This document shows, in pieces, positions 36,804 to 50,349 of a stretch of DNA of 64,000 nt. Position 1 is the stretch's first letter; each line of letters opens with the position of its first letter. Location: positions 3,038,001-3,102,000 of the forward strand of contig NW_027361840.1 of NCBI RefSeq assembly GCF_039654945.1. Reading direction: 5' to 3'. The DNA is from Dendrobates tinctorius (lineage: Eukaryota). Below the pieces are notes generated by a model that was given only the letters and a program-made list of their open reading frames with translations, had not been told where the DNA came from and made no database searches. The position numbers were made by a program, and so were the translations under genes.

Positions 36804-39800
36804 TACTACACCGGTCCGTCATACTCACCCGACCTCCGTTCCCACGCCGCTGCCGGTCTCTGCTCCCACGCCGCAGTCGACCTCCGCTCCCACGCCGCAG
36901 CCTCTTCCCATCCGACGGCCGCGGCGGTCACCTGTGATGGGCTAGCGGCCGATGCCATCCCTGCATGCTATGCGCATGTGCCATAGGCCGCAGGCCACTT
37001 CCCTCTGAGGGAGGCGCCTGATCGTTGTGTTTCCTAGCACTCTGGCCTCGCTCCATCGTGTACTCTCTGCTCCTGCAGTTCCTTTCTCGTCTGCTCTCTG
37101 CAGCAGCCTCCAGTGTTCCTGCTCCAACCTGCTCCAGTCCCTGCCGTCCCACTCCAGTCCTGCTTCCAGTGTTCCTATTCCATCCTACTCCAGTCCTGCC
37201 TCCAGTGTTCCTGCTACATCCTGCTACAGTCCTGCCGTCCTCCAGTCCTGCTTCCAGTGTTCCTGTTCCATCCTACTCCAGTCCTGCCTCCAGTGTTCCT
37301 GCTCCATCCTGCTCCAGTCTTGCCGCCCTATTCCAGTCCTGCCTCCGGTGTTCCAGTTCCATCCAGCTTCACTCCTTCCGTCCTCCTTCTTTCCTTTCTC
37401 CTGTGTTACTACTCCTGCCATTCTTTCTCGTTCCAGTCTACTGTCTCACTCCATTCCGGCCTCCTGGTTCCAGCCCTGTTCTGTCATTCTATACTTCAGG
37501 CTCACAGTCCTACTCCGGTCCATCCTGAGCTGCCCCTCTCGGTACCGGCTACCGTGGTTCTGGTACTCCTGAGCCTGCTCCTAACGGTCCCTGTATAGGG
37601 GTCGGTTCCACCTGGCAGCTCGCCCAGGGCCCCTCGGTGCCACGGTCTAGAGGGTCCACTCCCAGAGTTTCCGGCTCCAGACCACCCACGCTAACAGTAC
37701 GATCAGGCCATGGACTCCGCCAGTACTACGGCTGCTACCCAGAAAGAGTTGCTATTCCTACGGGAAAATTAGGGTTGCATTATGTCGGTCATGAAGTCTA
37801 TGGACACCCGTTTGTCGACCTTACAGGTGGCCGATCCTTGAAATGCCACTCAGCTGGCCAGTCTCCAACAGAAGCTGGGTCAGCAACAAGATACTCAAGC
37901 CCACATTTTGTCTTACATGGCCTCCTTTGACAGTCGCTTGTCGGCCCTCCAGGCTGCCACTGCAGTCCCGACTCCTCCTCCCGCGTCTACAGCTCTCCCG
38001 ATGCCTCGCCAAGCCGCCTCGCTTCACCGGGGATCCCAAGCTCTGTAGGGGGTTCTTAAATCAGTGTAGCCTCCACTTTGAATGGCTGCCGCAGCAATAT
38101 CCCCCAGATCGGGCCAAAGTGGCCTTCATCATGTCCCATCTGGAGGGAGAGGCTCTATCTTGGTTGAACCCGCTCTGGCAACGTGACGACCCGGTAGTCT
38201 CGAGTCTCCCGGTTTTCCTGGATACGTTTCGTAGGGTCTTCGATGAGCCGGGTCAAGTTAGCCTCTCACTGAGTCACTCTTTAACTTACACCAGGACACT
38301 CTCACGGTCGGACAGTACGCTATTTGCTTTCGCACTATCTCCTCTGAGCTCAGCTGGAATAACGCGGCCTTGGTGGGGGCATTCTGGCGCGGTCTTTCAG
38401 GCAGAATAAAGGATGAACTCGCAGGTCGAGATACCCCATCCACCTTAGAGGACCTTATCTCGCTTGCTGCCCGCATTGACCTACGCTTCCTGGAGCGCGC
38501 CCGGGAGTCAGCTAGAGACAGGAGGTCCACCAGGTCAGTTTCCACTTTCACCCGATCTGACATCTCCATTCGGCTGGGTCCTATTCTCTCTCTTCGGTTG
38601 AGTCCATGCAGATAGACCATCTCAGGTTGGCCGAGTTGCGTCAGAGAGAGAGGCGGGCACAAGGTCTGTGCCTTTATTGCTGTGATTCGTCACACTATGT
38701 CCACACCTGTCCTAAGAGACAGGGAAACGACTCCACCTAGGTCAGGTAAGAGAGGCCTCCCTAGGTGATGATGATCCCTCTCAACCCCTTACGATTTCTG
38801 TGCTTTTGGTTTCAGGAGGGAGGCTTGGTTCCGAGGTGGCCTACGTGGATTCGGGCTCGGCAGGTAACTTCATTCGGCCTGAAGAGGTGGACAAATACCA
38901 AATTCCTGTAGTCACTCTATCTAACCCTATTCAGATCGCCACTGTGGATGGCAAACCGCTACAGGTGACCGTCACCTTGGTCACTGAAGAGGTGGAGTTG
39001 CAAGTCGGAGCCTTACATCGAGAGAAGATAGAGTTTTACATTTTGCATAAGCTCTCTCACGCCATTCTACTCGGTCTCCCATGGTTAAGGACTCATCAGC
39101 CTGTTCTCGACTGGTTCTCTGGGGAGATACTCCGCTGGGGTCACTCATGCCAAGCTCGCTGTCTGACTCCTGTCCGTCTGGCGGTCGCTTATCGGTCACC
39201 AGACCTTCCGGGTCTTCCTCCAGCCTACAGCTCCTTCGCCGATGTGTTTGATAAGAAGGAGGCGGAGGTCCTTCCTCCACATCGGCCGTTTGACTGCCCA
39301 ATTGAACTTGTTCCCAGTTCAACCCTTCCAAGGGGCAGAATTTACCCTCTGTCTCCTGCAGAGACTACCGCCATGTCTGAGTATGTCCGAGAGAACTTCG
39401 CCAAAGGCTTTATACGGAAGTCCTCTTCGCCCGCGGGAGCCGGGTTTTTCTTCGTCAAAAAGAAGGACGGAACTCTACGGCCGTGCATTGACTATAGGGG
39501 CTTGAATGAAATTACCATCAAGAACAGGTACCCTCTTCCACTCATTCCGGAGCTTTTTGACTGTCTCAGAGGGGCTCGGGTCTTCTCCAAGCTGGACCTC
39601 AGAGGAGCCTATAATCCGGTCCGTATCTGTGCAGGTGACGAGTGGAAGACCGCTTTCAACACTCGAGACGGCCATTACGTGTACCTGGTCATGCCCTTTG
39701 GTCTCTGCAATGCTCCTGCGGTGTTTCAAGAGTTCGTCAATGAGATCTTCCGGGATCTCTTGTACTCCTGTGTGGTCGTGTACTTAGATGACATCCTCGT

Positions 39801-42800
39801 CTTCTCGCCGGACCTCTCGTCCCACAGAAAGAGTGTCCGCCTGGTGCTTCAGCGTCTTCGGGAGAACCGCCTGTATGCGAGGATCGAGAAATGTCTCTTC
39901 GAACAGACCACTCTGCCGTTTCTGGGATACATTATCTCCGACACTGGTCTAAGGATGGATCCCGAGAAGTTGTCTGCCATCCTCAAATGACCTCGACCCG
40001 TCGGAGTAAAGGCGATACAATGATTCCTCGGATTCGCCAATTATTACCGACAATTTGTTTCCCACTTCTCCGCGATCACAAGACCCATTTCTGCGCTCAC
40101 CCATAAAGGGTCTACTCCCAAAGATTGGTCTCCTGAGGCAGAAGAGGCCTTTCTGACCCTAAAACGGGCCTTCTCCACGGCTCCGGTCCTGCTTCGCCCT
40201 GAGAGCAATCGACCTTTTGTACTCTAGGTGGACGCTTCCTCGATGGGTGCCAGGGCAGTACTGTCCCAGAGAACCACCTCCGGTTGCCTGCACCCTTGTG
40301 GCTTCTTCTCGAAGGCCTTTTCTCCATCCGAGTGTAACTACTCAATCGGCGACCGGGAACTTTTGGCCATCAAGTTGACCTTGGAGGAATGGCGTCACCT
40401 CCTGGAAGGAGCTGTCCATCCCTTTGTCATCTTCTCGGACCACAAGAATCTGGCCTACCTCCAGTCTGCCCAGAGACTTAACCCTCGCCTGGCCAGATGG
40501 TCCTTATTATTCGCCCGATTTGACTTCGAGCTCCGTTTCCGTCCTGGCAACAAGAATACCAAAGCAGACGCCCTGTCCAGGGTCTTCCAGCCACATGAAT
40601 CCACGGAGGAACCTTCGCATATCATTGATCCCACTAGGATCATCACCGTGGCTCCAGTGAACTGGCTTACTCCCCCTCCTGGCAAGATGCTTGTGCCAGA
40701 GAATCTCAAGCGAAAGGTCCTTCTATAGGGGCACTCCTCCAAACTGGCCGGCCACGCCGGAACTAGGAAGACCCTTAAACCTTATCACGCGTCACTACTG
40801 GTGGCCCACGCTTCGCCAAGATGTACTCGACTTTGTGGCTTCTTGTCCATCCTGTGCTAAAAGCAAAGTGCCACGGAGACCTCCGTCCGGCTTGTTGCTT
40901 CCGTTGCCCGTCCCTACGGTTCCTTGGGAAAACATTGCCATGGATTTCATCACCGACCTACCCCGCTCTTCAGGTTGCACAGTCATTTTGGTGGTGGTGG
41001 ATCGTTTTTCCAAGATGGCCCACTTCGTCCCTCTGCCCGGTCTTCCCTCAGTGCCGGAACTGGCCAAAGTCTTCATTCACCAAATCTTCAGACTTCACGG
41101 ACTACCTCAACGCATTGTGTCTGACGGAGGGGTTCAGTTTACCTCCAAGTTCTGGGGATTGCTGTGTAAGCTCATGAATGTTTCCCTCGACTTCTCCTCG
41201 GCCTACCATCCGCAGTCCAACGGACAGGTAGAGCATACCAACCAGACGCTTACGGGGTACTTACGTCACTTCTCCAACGCCCACCAGAACGATTGGGTCG
41301 ACTTACTCCCCTGGGCAGAGTACGCTTATAACAACCATGCTGGTGAATCCTCGGCCAAGTCTCCGTTTTTCATTGTTTTTGGCAGACATCCTGGTGTTCC
41401 TCTTCCAATAACCCCGGCCTCTGAGGTACCCGCGGCCAACGCCTTGTCCTCTGAATTTTCCATGATTTCGGCTGAGACCAACACGTCACTCAAGAGATCC
41501 GCTGATCAGATGAAGAACTATGCCGACAAAAAGAGATTGCATCCTCCACCGTATCGTGTTGGGGACAAGGTCTGGCTCTCCTCCAAATTCATCCGATTGA
41601 AACTGCCCTCCTACAAATTGGGACCACACTACATCGGTCCGATTGAAATTCTGGGACGTATTAACGAAGTCGCCTACAAATTGAGGTTGCCTGCTTCGCT
41701 CTGGGTCCCGAACACCTTCCATGTCTCTCCTGAAGCCTGTGGTGCTGAATCGCTTTCATTCCTTGCCTGATCCTGGTCCTCAGCCAGTGGGTGCCGATGA
41801 TGTTTTTGAAGTGCAGAACATTCTCGCTATGAAGAGGGTTAGAGGTTGGACTTTCTTTCTTGTTGATTGGAAGGGCTTTGGTCCTGAGGAGAGATCCTGG
41901 GAGCCTCGGGAGAACATCAATGCTCCCCGTATCCTCAAGAGGTTTCTTGCTAACCTCCGGGGGGTACTGTTACACCGCTCCGTCATACTCACCCGGCCTC
42001 CGTTCCCACGTCGCTGCCAGTCTCCGCTCCCACGCTGCAGTCGGCCTCCACTCCCACGCCGCAGCCTCTTCGCATCCGACGGCTGCAGCGGTCACCTGTG
42101 ACGGGCTCGCGGCCGATGCCATCCCTACATGCTATGCACATGCGCCATAGGCCGTGGCCGCGCCTCCCACCTGCTTATGCTCCGGCTGTGCCCTGACCCG
42201 GAAGCACCTTTGGACCAATGGCTGACCAGACGGGGCCATATCAGGCCGCTTCCCCCTGAGGGAGGCACCTGATCGTTGTGTTTCCTAGCACCCTGGCCTC
42301 GCTCCATCGTGTGCTCTCTGCTCCTGCAGTTCCATTCTCGTCTGCTCTCCGCAGCAGCCTCCAGTGTTCCTGCTCCAGTCCTGCCATCCTACTCCAGTCC
42401 TGCTTCCAGTGTTCCTGTTCCATCCTACTCCAGTCCTGCCTCCATGTTCCTGCTCCAGTCCTGCCATCCTACTCCAGTCCTGCTTCCAGTGTTCCTGTTC
42501 CATCCTACTCCAGTCCTGCCTCCAGTGTTCCTGCTCCATCCTGCTCCAGTCCTGCCGCCCTACTCTAGTCTTGCCTCCGGTGTTCCAGTTCCATCCAGCT
42601 TCACTCCTTCCGTCCTCCTTCCTTCCTTTCTCCTGTGTTCCTACTCCTGCCCAGTCTACTGTCTCACTCCATTCCGGCCTCCTGGTTCCAGCCTTGTTCT
42701 GTCATTCTATACTTCAGTCTCACAGTCCTACTCCGGTCCATCCTGAGCCGCCCCTCTCGGTACCGGCTACCGTGGTTCTCGAACCCCTGAGCCTGCTCCT

Positions 42801-42914
42801 AACGGTCCCTGTATAGGGGTCAGTTCCACTTGGCAGCTCGCCCGGGGCCCCTCGGTGCCACGGTCCAGAGGGTCCACTCCCGGAGTTTCTGGCTCCAGAC
42901 CACCCACGCTAACA
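36804..42914 (+). mobile_element. Full-length chromodomain Ty3/Gypsy LTR retrotransposon, element B (stops and frameshifts)
   Basis: LTRs 36804-37696 and 41968-42914, gag ATG at 37710, GGGAAAC at 38722, VDSGS protease, YLDD RT, RNase H, integrase, and chromodomain FEVQNIL...LVDWKGFGPEERSWEP; no TSD found. Confidence 0.95.
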
Positions 42915-43072
42915 GTAAGTACTGTTGCTGGCTTGTTGCTGTGGTCAGCCGGGAGGAAGAGGAAGTCTCCGACCCTAGCACCAGAGTTTAACCCCTGAGG
43001 GTGTGGCCGAACGCCCCTTCCCCTTTCTTCCCATTGGTCAGTGGGCGTCCTCATTAATGGCATCACCTAGGG

Positions 43073-43234
43073 CATGGTTCCCCAACTCCAGTCCTCAAGG
43101 CCCACCAACAGGTCATGTTTTCAGGATTTCCCTTGTATTGTACAGGTGATGCAATTATCACCTTGGCAATACTAAGGAAATCCTGAAAACATGATCTGTT
43201 GGTGGGCCTTGAGGACTGGAGTTGGGGAACCCTA
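43073..43234. mobile_element. Palindromic hAT-type MITE (162 bp)
   Basis: Near-complete inverted symmetry (GGTTCCCCAACTCCAGTCCTCAAGGCCCACCAACAG...) and perfect 8-bp TSD ACCTAGGG. Confidence 0.92.
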
Positions 43235-45157
43235 ACCTAGGGAGTAGTGGGGATGAGGAGGCACTGCACGAAGTTTCTAGCATAATTATCTATGGGGCTC
43301 TGCAGACAGATTCACGTTCCCTATACGCTGCCATGCTTGCCAGAATGAAAAGCTCATTGTAAGTGCTATCCAGGCATTTCCCAGACACACACCAGGGAGA
43401 CGTATCCCCCCTGATGTTCACAGGCATAGAAAGGGTCAATTGTCCATCACGAGGAAGAAATTGAAGAAAAGCGCTTTTCAAATGTGAATCACACTGGATC
43501 CTAAAACGTGAAACCAGATTTCCCAAAGGGTTAAATTATAAAACGGATCTGCTATATTTACATTGACAAGCATCAATTTCCATCCACTCATAACCAAAAA
43601 AAACCCTTTTTTTATGATTTTTTCTTTCTTCCTTTTTTCTTTTTCCTTTATTATTTCCCCTGCTCATAAGCATCCCCCTTATATATAGTCTACTTATTAT
43701 TTTTTACAAACTTATTTCATCTCATGATTCCTCCACCGTGCCTCACTGTGGGAATGGTGATCATTTAGTGATGCATGATGAGACATGGCACAAAACAAAC
43801 CTTTTAGAATTATGGATAGAAGGTTCCAGAGCTGTGCTGTTACACGCTGTGTACTGTTTACATCTGGCTGCTGCCACAGCTGGTAACAGGAGATGCTGAG
43901 TGTTACCCCCCCATTGATTTGATATTGATGACTTTTACTAAGGATAAGTCATCAGAAATGCTAAGGAACATATAGGAAAATATATAGTGGTTCCTCTGAG
44001 CTGTTGGTGAAAATTCACAGTAATGATCCAGGAGACTCAATAAATTTTACGCTTTTTTTATTATGTGTGTGTTTCAAAGTCCTCCGACTTCCTTTTCAGG
44101 ATGTAACTAGAGATGAGCGAATATTTAAGTGTTCGGTTTGGATTACATTCGCTGAATTTGTAATATTCGCTGATTAATTTGTTGAATATTCGCTGACTAT
44201 AGCCGAATGCCATGCAGGTCAATGGGAGGCAAACACAAACGCATGCACAACACCTTATAACGGTCCCATTTTCTGCCAAAACACATCAAATTAGGAGCAG
44301 ACACCAGGAAAGTAGCCTCAATTTACCCACAGTACAAATTACAGCATAGCAGTACAGCAATCAGCCAGGCATGAGGTATCATCGGGGTCTGGGACAGCAT
44401 TTACAGCTTTTAACTGAGCGTCACAGTAAGACGAGGTGGGTGAGGGATCATTGTAGGCCTCCTTTTCTGGGAGCCCTGATACCACATGCAACAACTCTAA
44501 CTGCTTTCATGCTGAGCCACACTTAGGTGCCACAAATATCAGTTTCGTAGACCACCATTGTCAGAAACATTTAAGGATAGTAACACGGGTAGTGGAGTCC
44601 AAGGAAGTGGAGGCCTGATGGTCTTGGAGGCCTACTGCTAGAGGCAACACGAGAGAGTTAGGAGACCTAACCAGGAGTGTTCATATTTCCAAAAATTATT
44701 GGCAGACACCACCATAGCGGCATCAGTTTCTCCACAGTAGAAATATAGTATAATAGGGACCGAGAGGTCTTCCTCTACACCCAATCCAGCAGAGCAGCAG
44801 ATGGACTCCCAACTAGAAAAATGTTCACATTTCCAAAAATTACTAGCAAACAGCACAAAAGTGGCATCAATTTCACCACAGTAGAAATAGTATAATAGGG
44901 ACCGACAGTTCTTCCAATACACCCAGTCCAGCAGATGGACACCATACCAGGAGTTCACATTTAATCAAGTGAGGGCCTTAACCACAGAAGTGGCATAAAT
45001 GTCACGAGAATAGAATAGTATAATTGGGATTGACAGGTCTTCCACTACAGCTAACCCAGCAGATGTTTATTTACATTGTTTATTCTTCCAACATTATTGT
45101 CTCTTCCACTTTTTATATATTAGTGGATATTTTAGTTTTCATTTTTTCTATTAATTC

Positions 45158-46082
45158 TGTTATGAATGGGTCACCGAGGAGGAGAGCAGGCCCAGGCTAA
45201 GCCACAGAAAACCAGAGAGGTTGGTAACTAAGCGGATTGCAGATCCCTAATCCTATCCACACAACTAGCAGTAGCTGTGGAGCGTACCTACGATGATCCT
45301 AGACGTCTCAGCACAGCCGGAGAGCTAACTAAGCCTAAAGCAAGAAAGGGGAAATCTAAACTGCCCCAGAGCAGACCCCAAAGGAATGGATAGCCCCCAA
45401 ACATATATTGTCGGTGAGACAAGATGAAAACACAAACACAGGTAGAAAAATAGACTGAGCAAATGATGGGGCCCACACTAACTAGACAGGATAGGAAAGA
45501 AAAGACATTGTCTGCAATCACGCAAAAAACCCCTGCAAAAAGTCCAACCCATCTGATGCACAAAAACACTGAAGTCGCACGACTTCGCCCCCACTATATC
45601 AGCACTCTGGTCTCCTTTTGCTCTGCTTTCAGAATATACCAATCTAACGGGACAAAACAAACTGGCACAAGCAGTACATATGGGTGGTGATTCAGCACAG
45701 CCCCAGCTGGAGCTGGCTGACCTGCACAAAGCAGAGATAGACAAAACCAGATCAAATGCAAACAGAAAAGCAAATGAATCACTTGGCTGAACCATGCAGG
45801 GACAGAGCTGGAGACATCAGACCTCAGGAGGCACAGGAGGAAAATCACAAGCAGGGAAAGAGGGAGTCGGCTGTCTTAAATCCCAATCTGAAACCCCAGA
45901 TCTCCAATCGTCATCCTCATTATCAGGTGGCAGACCTCTGTCAATCAGATCAGCTCCATTACCTCCAGTAACCACCAGAGGGAGCCCAGAAAGAGAACTC
46001 GAACCCAACCCCTCTGTCAATCTGACCAGCTCCACTACCTTCAGTAATAACCAGAGGGAGGCCAGAAAGCGAATTCACAACA
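45158..46082 (-). mobile_element. Solo LTR, same family as the LTR at 59568-60425
   Basis: TGTTATG...CACAACA, reverse-complement homology to 59568-60425, flanked by TAATTC on both sides. Confidence 0.88.
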
Positions 46083-46431
46083 TAATTCCTTCTTAAACCT
46101 TATTCAAGTTTTGGGTCTAATTTTGAGTGGCTGTTCACTCTTGTCGGTTGGACGCATGGATTTTTTATAACATGATTTTACCTATATTTTACATAGTTTA
46201 TATGGGTATATTTTTTTATCTGTGCATAGGTTATTTATTTTACATTGTTATTTCCACCACATCCTTTTTGGTTTGGTACTCTAACCCAGCAGATGTAGAC
46301 CAACCATGAGTGTTCACATTTCCACAAATTTGTGTTAACATCAGCAGCAGCAGGCATAGAAGCCACACTAAAGATATCACAGAGTGCAGTTACGTGACAT
46401 TAATGCATCACACTAAAAAATGCAATATCAC

Positions 46432-49015
46432 CTAGTCTCTACAGTCTGTGATTGGGGTGCAAAAGTCCTTGGAAATCCATGGTGTGTTCATCTTGATGAA
46501 AGTTAAGTGGTCTACACTTTCAGGGGACAGCCGGCTCCGCTTATCCGTCAGGACACCACCAACACGTTCCGAAGACATGCTCATCCATTTTGTAAGACCA
46601 AAATGTGAAGGGTCCAAACCCTCCCTGATGGTATTGATATTTAGTTTGAGATACTCCTGCACCATCATCTCCATTTGTTCACCACATGTAAGACTTGGAC
46701 TCTGTTGTGCTGGCGCACGAGCTTGCCTAAAAAAAGTGTCAAAGGACCCACAGAAATTGCTTCTTCCACATCCGCCACTGCTGCTGCTACTGTTTTGGCG
46801 TTGACGAATTAACGTGCCGGAGGTTGGAAGTCTACATCTGCGATACGAACTGTGGGCTTCACTGCTGTCTTGGGAAAAAGCTCTCTTAAGGTTATGTAAA
46901 AGCTTGTTTCGATACTCCAGCATTCACGGGTCCCTTCTAGGGCGGGAATCATCTGGCAAAATTTGGTTTTATAAAATGGATCTAATAACGTGGCAACACT
47001 GTAGTTATTCATAACTATATGGGGATCATGTTGCAGATAGTGCAGCAAGAAGGCACTCATATGTTTGGCTCTAACATGAGGTCAAAGCCCATAATGTGTT
47101 GGTGGCTGGGTAACAATGAGGCTCGTTTCCACCATCCCCTCCCGCCAACCACGAACAGCAAAGAGGGGAGGAATATCCTCTTCATCTGACAGTTGCTTAC
47201 TTATCACCTCTTCCTCCTCCATTTGTTCCTCGGATCTTGCACCTTCAATATGTTTGTCTGCTATCCCCAGCCACCCTCGATCGCAGTAATCCACCCTCCT
47301 TTGGCACCCACCTGTGTGACGACAGTCTTGAACTTAAAGACATTGTTATCCCTTCGGCATCCTCCTCTGCTTCCTCTTCTCCTGGGACCACCATCTTCCG
47401 CAGGATTTTCAAAGTCTGCTCCAGCATATAGATGACCGTAATAGTGATGTTGATGACGACGGCGTCAGCGCTAACCATCTTAGTAGCCATTTCAAAACTG
47501 TGCAGAAGGGTGCAGAGGTCCTTAATCTATGCCCACTCTGTAAAGATATGTGCCACATCCGTACTGCGTTGGCCCAGGCTATACGACATGACATACTGCG
47601 TCAGGGCTCATTGCTGCAACATGTGCAGAATGGAATTCCACTGTGTCGGCACATTGCATATCAACCTGTTAACTAGCATGGACAAAGACCTCTGTATCGA
47701 TGCAAGTCGGTGAGCAGAAGGGTGCAAACGGCAGAAATGAGCACACATCTTGCATGCTTTTTGGAGCAGCTCACACAGGCCAAGATAGTGGCTGAGAAAA
47801 CGCTGTACCACCAGGTTGAAGACGTGAGCCATGGAAGGCACGTGTGTGATCTTGTCTCACCATCGGGCCACCACCAGGTTCGCACCGTTATCGGACACGG
47901 CCTTCCCTGGATGCAGGTTCAGCAGAGACAGCCATTGATCAAACTCGGCCTGGAGAGCTGTCCACAACTCTTCAGCTGTATGACTGCGATCTCCAAGGCA
48001 TTTCAATTTTAATACTGCCTGATTGAGATGAGCCCTGGCTGTGCATTATCAAGGTGGTGGGGGTTTGCTCTGCACTGTTGGAACTCATGTCTCGTTAAGG
48101 TAGAGGTTGAGGGCGCAGTTGGACGAGATAGAGGAGGGGAGGCAGAAGCAGTGGAGGAAGTGTTAAATGTAGAGGTTTGTCCTGCAAGCCTTGTGGATTC
48201 CAAAACTTGTGGAGCAGCTCCTGCCCCCTACAGCCACCAGAGTCACCCAGTGTCCAGTCAGTGAGATGTAACGCCCTTGGCCATGCTTACTCGTCCAAGT
48301 GTCTGTGGTGAAATGCTTCCTGGCAGACAGAGATTTAGTCAAGGAATTGATGATGTCTGCGACATGCAGGTGTAGCTCAGGCACAGCTTTCTTAGAAAAG
48401 TAATGGCGAGGGGGTAATTGGTACTGGGGGACTGCAACGGCCGTCAGCTTTCAGAAATCGTCTGCTTCTACCAGGTGGAAAGGCAGCATTTCCGTGACCA
48501 ACAAATTGGAGATGGTGGAGTTCAACCTCTTAGCTTTGTGATGCGTAGGAGGGAACAATCTTTTATGTGACCAAAACTGTGGAACCATGGGCTGGCTCCA
48601 GTGATGTGAGAGTGTGGAGTATGGTGAACCGGACAAACTGCTGGACTGTGAGAGAGGTGCAAGCGGAGATATTACTGTGGATTGAGAAACTTGTGGTGTG
48701 ATCGTTCTCTGAGATGACATGTCCGCTTCCGTTACAGCTGAAGGTGGCCTCTCAGACAGTGTGACTGGAGCAAGTAAAGAACCCAAGGTTCTGCTGTCAA
48801 ACACCTGCATCTCAATAGTTGGCATGGTAACAGAGGAGGAGGAAGAAGCAGCAGATGTGATTGATGGGGCAGCTGATGGTTGTTGAGGTCCGCATTTTTG
48901 CGCAGAGAATCATGTTGATTGCGCATGTGAAGGTTCATACATGTAGCAGTCAAATTATTGCACTTTTTACCTTGACTCAGATTTTTTGCAAAGTTGGCAG
49001 TGTGACAGAGTCAGC
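46432..49015 (-). pseudogene. hAT (ZBED-like) transposase pseudogene
   Basis: BED-finger remnant (NLTATCMNLHMRNQH), FTTDTWTSKHGQGRYISLTGHW, MAHVFNLVVQRFL, ICNVPTQWNS, ATLLDP, and SERV...KRSRLSPESVDHLTFIKMN dimerisation domain; many frameshifts. Confidence 0.92.
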
Positions 49016-49018
49016 TTC

Positions 49019-50345
49019 TGCTGAGTCGATTTCTAGAGTGGATCCTCTTTGCCATAGCACCCACCCACCTAGGGCGAGCTGACCTTGTGAGGAACCACCC
49101 CTATACAGGGAGTGTCAGGGGAAAGACCAAGGGGGTGAGTCACCACGACTGCTGGAACCAGACGGCCGGCTCAGGGAGACACTTGTGTGTGTGTGTGTGT
49201 GTGTGTGTATGGCAACAGGAACAAGCAGGGTACAAGACAAGACAAAACATGGTCACAGGGTATCTTCAATAAAGCGTGGTCTCAGGGTTTAATCGGATTC
49301 AAGACATAAATACGAAGACACGGAGATACATGGCAGGGTGCGTGCAAGCGCAGGCCAAGTTCCAAGACAGGGTTCGTGCTAGGTGGCACGCCAGGGTCCA
49401 AGGCAGGGTGCGTGCTAGGAGACATGCCAGAGTCCAAGGCAGGGTTCAAGGCAGGCTGCGTGCTAGAAGACCCGCCAGGGTCCAAGGCAGGGTTCAAGGC
49501 AGGATGCATGCTAGGGGGACCCTCTAGGGTTCAGTCTAGGGCCTGTGCATGCTAGGAAGCACACCAGGGTTCATGGCAGGACCTGCGCGTACTTAGAGAA
49601 ACACTGGGAGGTATGCCAAGGGTGCAGGCAAGGGTCTGTACGTGCCAAGGGACACGCCAGGGTTCAGGCTAGGGTCTGTGCATGCTAGGAGGCACGTCAG
49701 GGTTCAGGCTAGGGCCTGTGCGAGCTAGGAGGCACGCGATGCACAGTGCAGGGACAGCGAGAGTGCAAGGAAGCACAGAGCATGGCTGGGGCACTGGCTA
49801 GGTGCTCGGGCTGAGGCACAGACAGGCGGGCACGGCTGAGGCATTAACAGGCGGACACAGCTAAGTCACTGGCCGGCAAGCATGGCTGAGGCACAAGCAG
49901 GCGGACACGATTGAGGCGGGCACGGCTGAGGCACAGGCAGGCGGGCAAGGCGAGACCAGGTGCGTGCAAAGGGCATGCGGAGAAACAAGGCAATTCAAAG
50001 TACAGAGCAAGGAGCAGAACGTAGGCAGAAGCACAGAGCCGAGTACAGACAAAGAAGAGGAGCGTATGCTAGGGCCCATGCTAGAGCCCAGAGCCGAGTC
50101 AGAGAAGAAACTAGGTACAGAGCCAGGAGCGGAACATAGGCAGAAGCACAGAGCCGGGTAAGTGAAAGAGAAGCGGAGCGTATGCTAAAGCCCAGAGCCG
50201 GGTCAGACAGAGTACAGAGCTAGCAACGGAACGTAGGGTGAAGCCCAGAGCCGGGTCAAGGAAGAACCTTGAGACTAGACAGAAATGTGGTAGAGGAGCA
50301 CCCTAAGACAGAGTACAAGGTACAAACTAAATACAGAGCTACAGA
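49019..50345 (-). mobile_element. Partial LTR related to elements A/B with internal tandem repeats
   Basis: GGGCGAGCTGA...CCACCCCTATACAGGGAGTGT motif shared with the element A LTR end; degenerate tandem units at 49360-49740 and 50030-50260. Confidence 0.6.
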
Positions 50346-50349
50346 ATAT

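Noticed and set aside
37025-37598. Pro/Ser-rich ORFs (also 42276-42816)
   Set aside because: They arise from tandem repeats inside the element B LTRs.
43290-43526. 78-aa minus-strand ORF in apparently non-repetitive DNA
   Set aside because: No recognisable motif, start context or splice support; cannot be assigned without a search.
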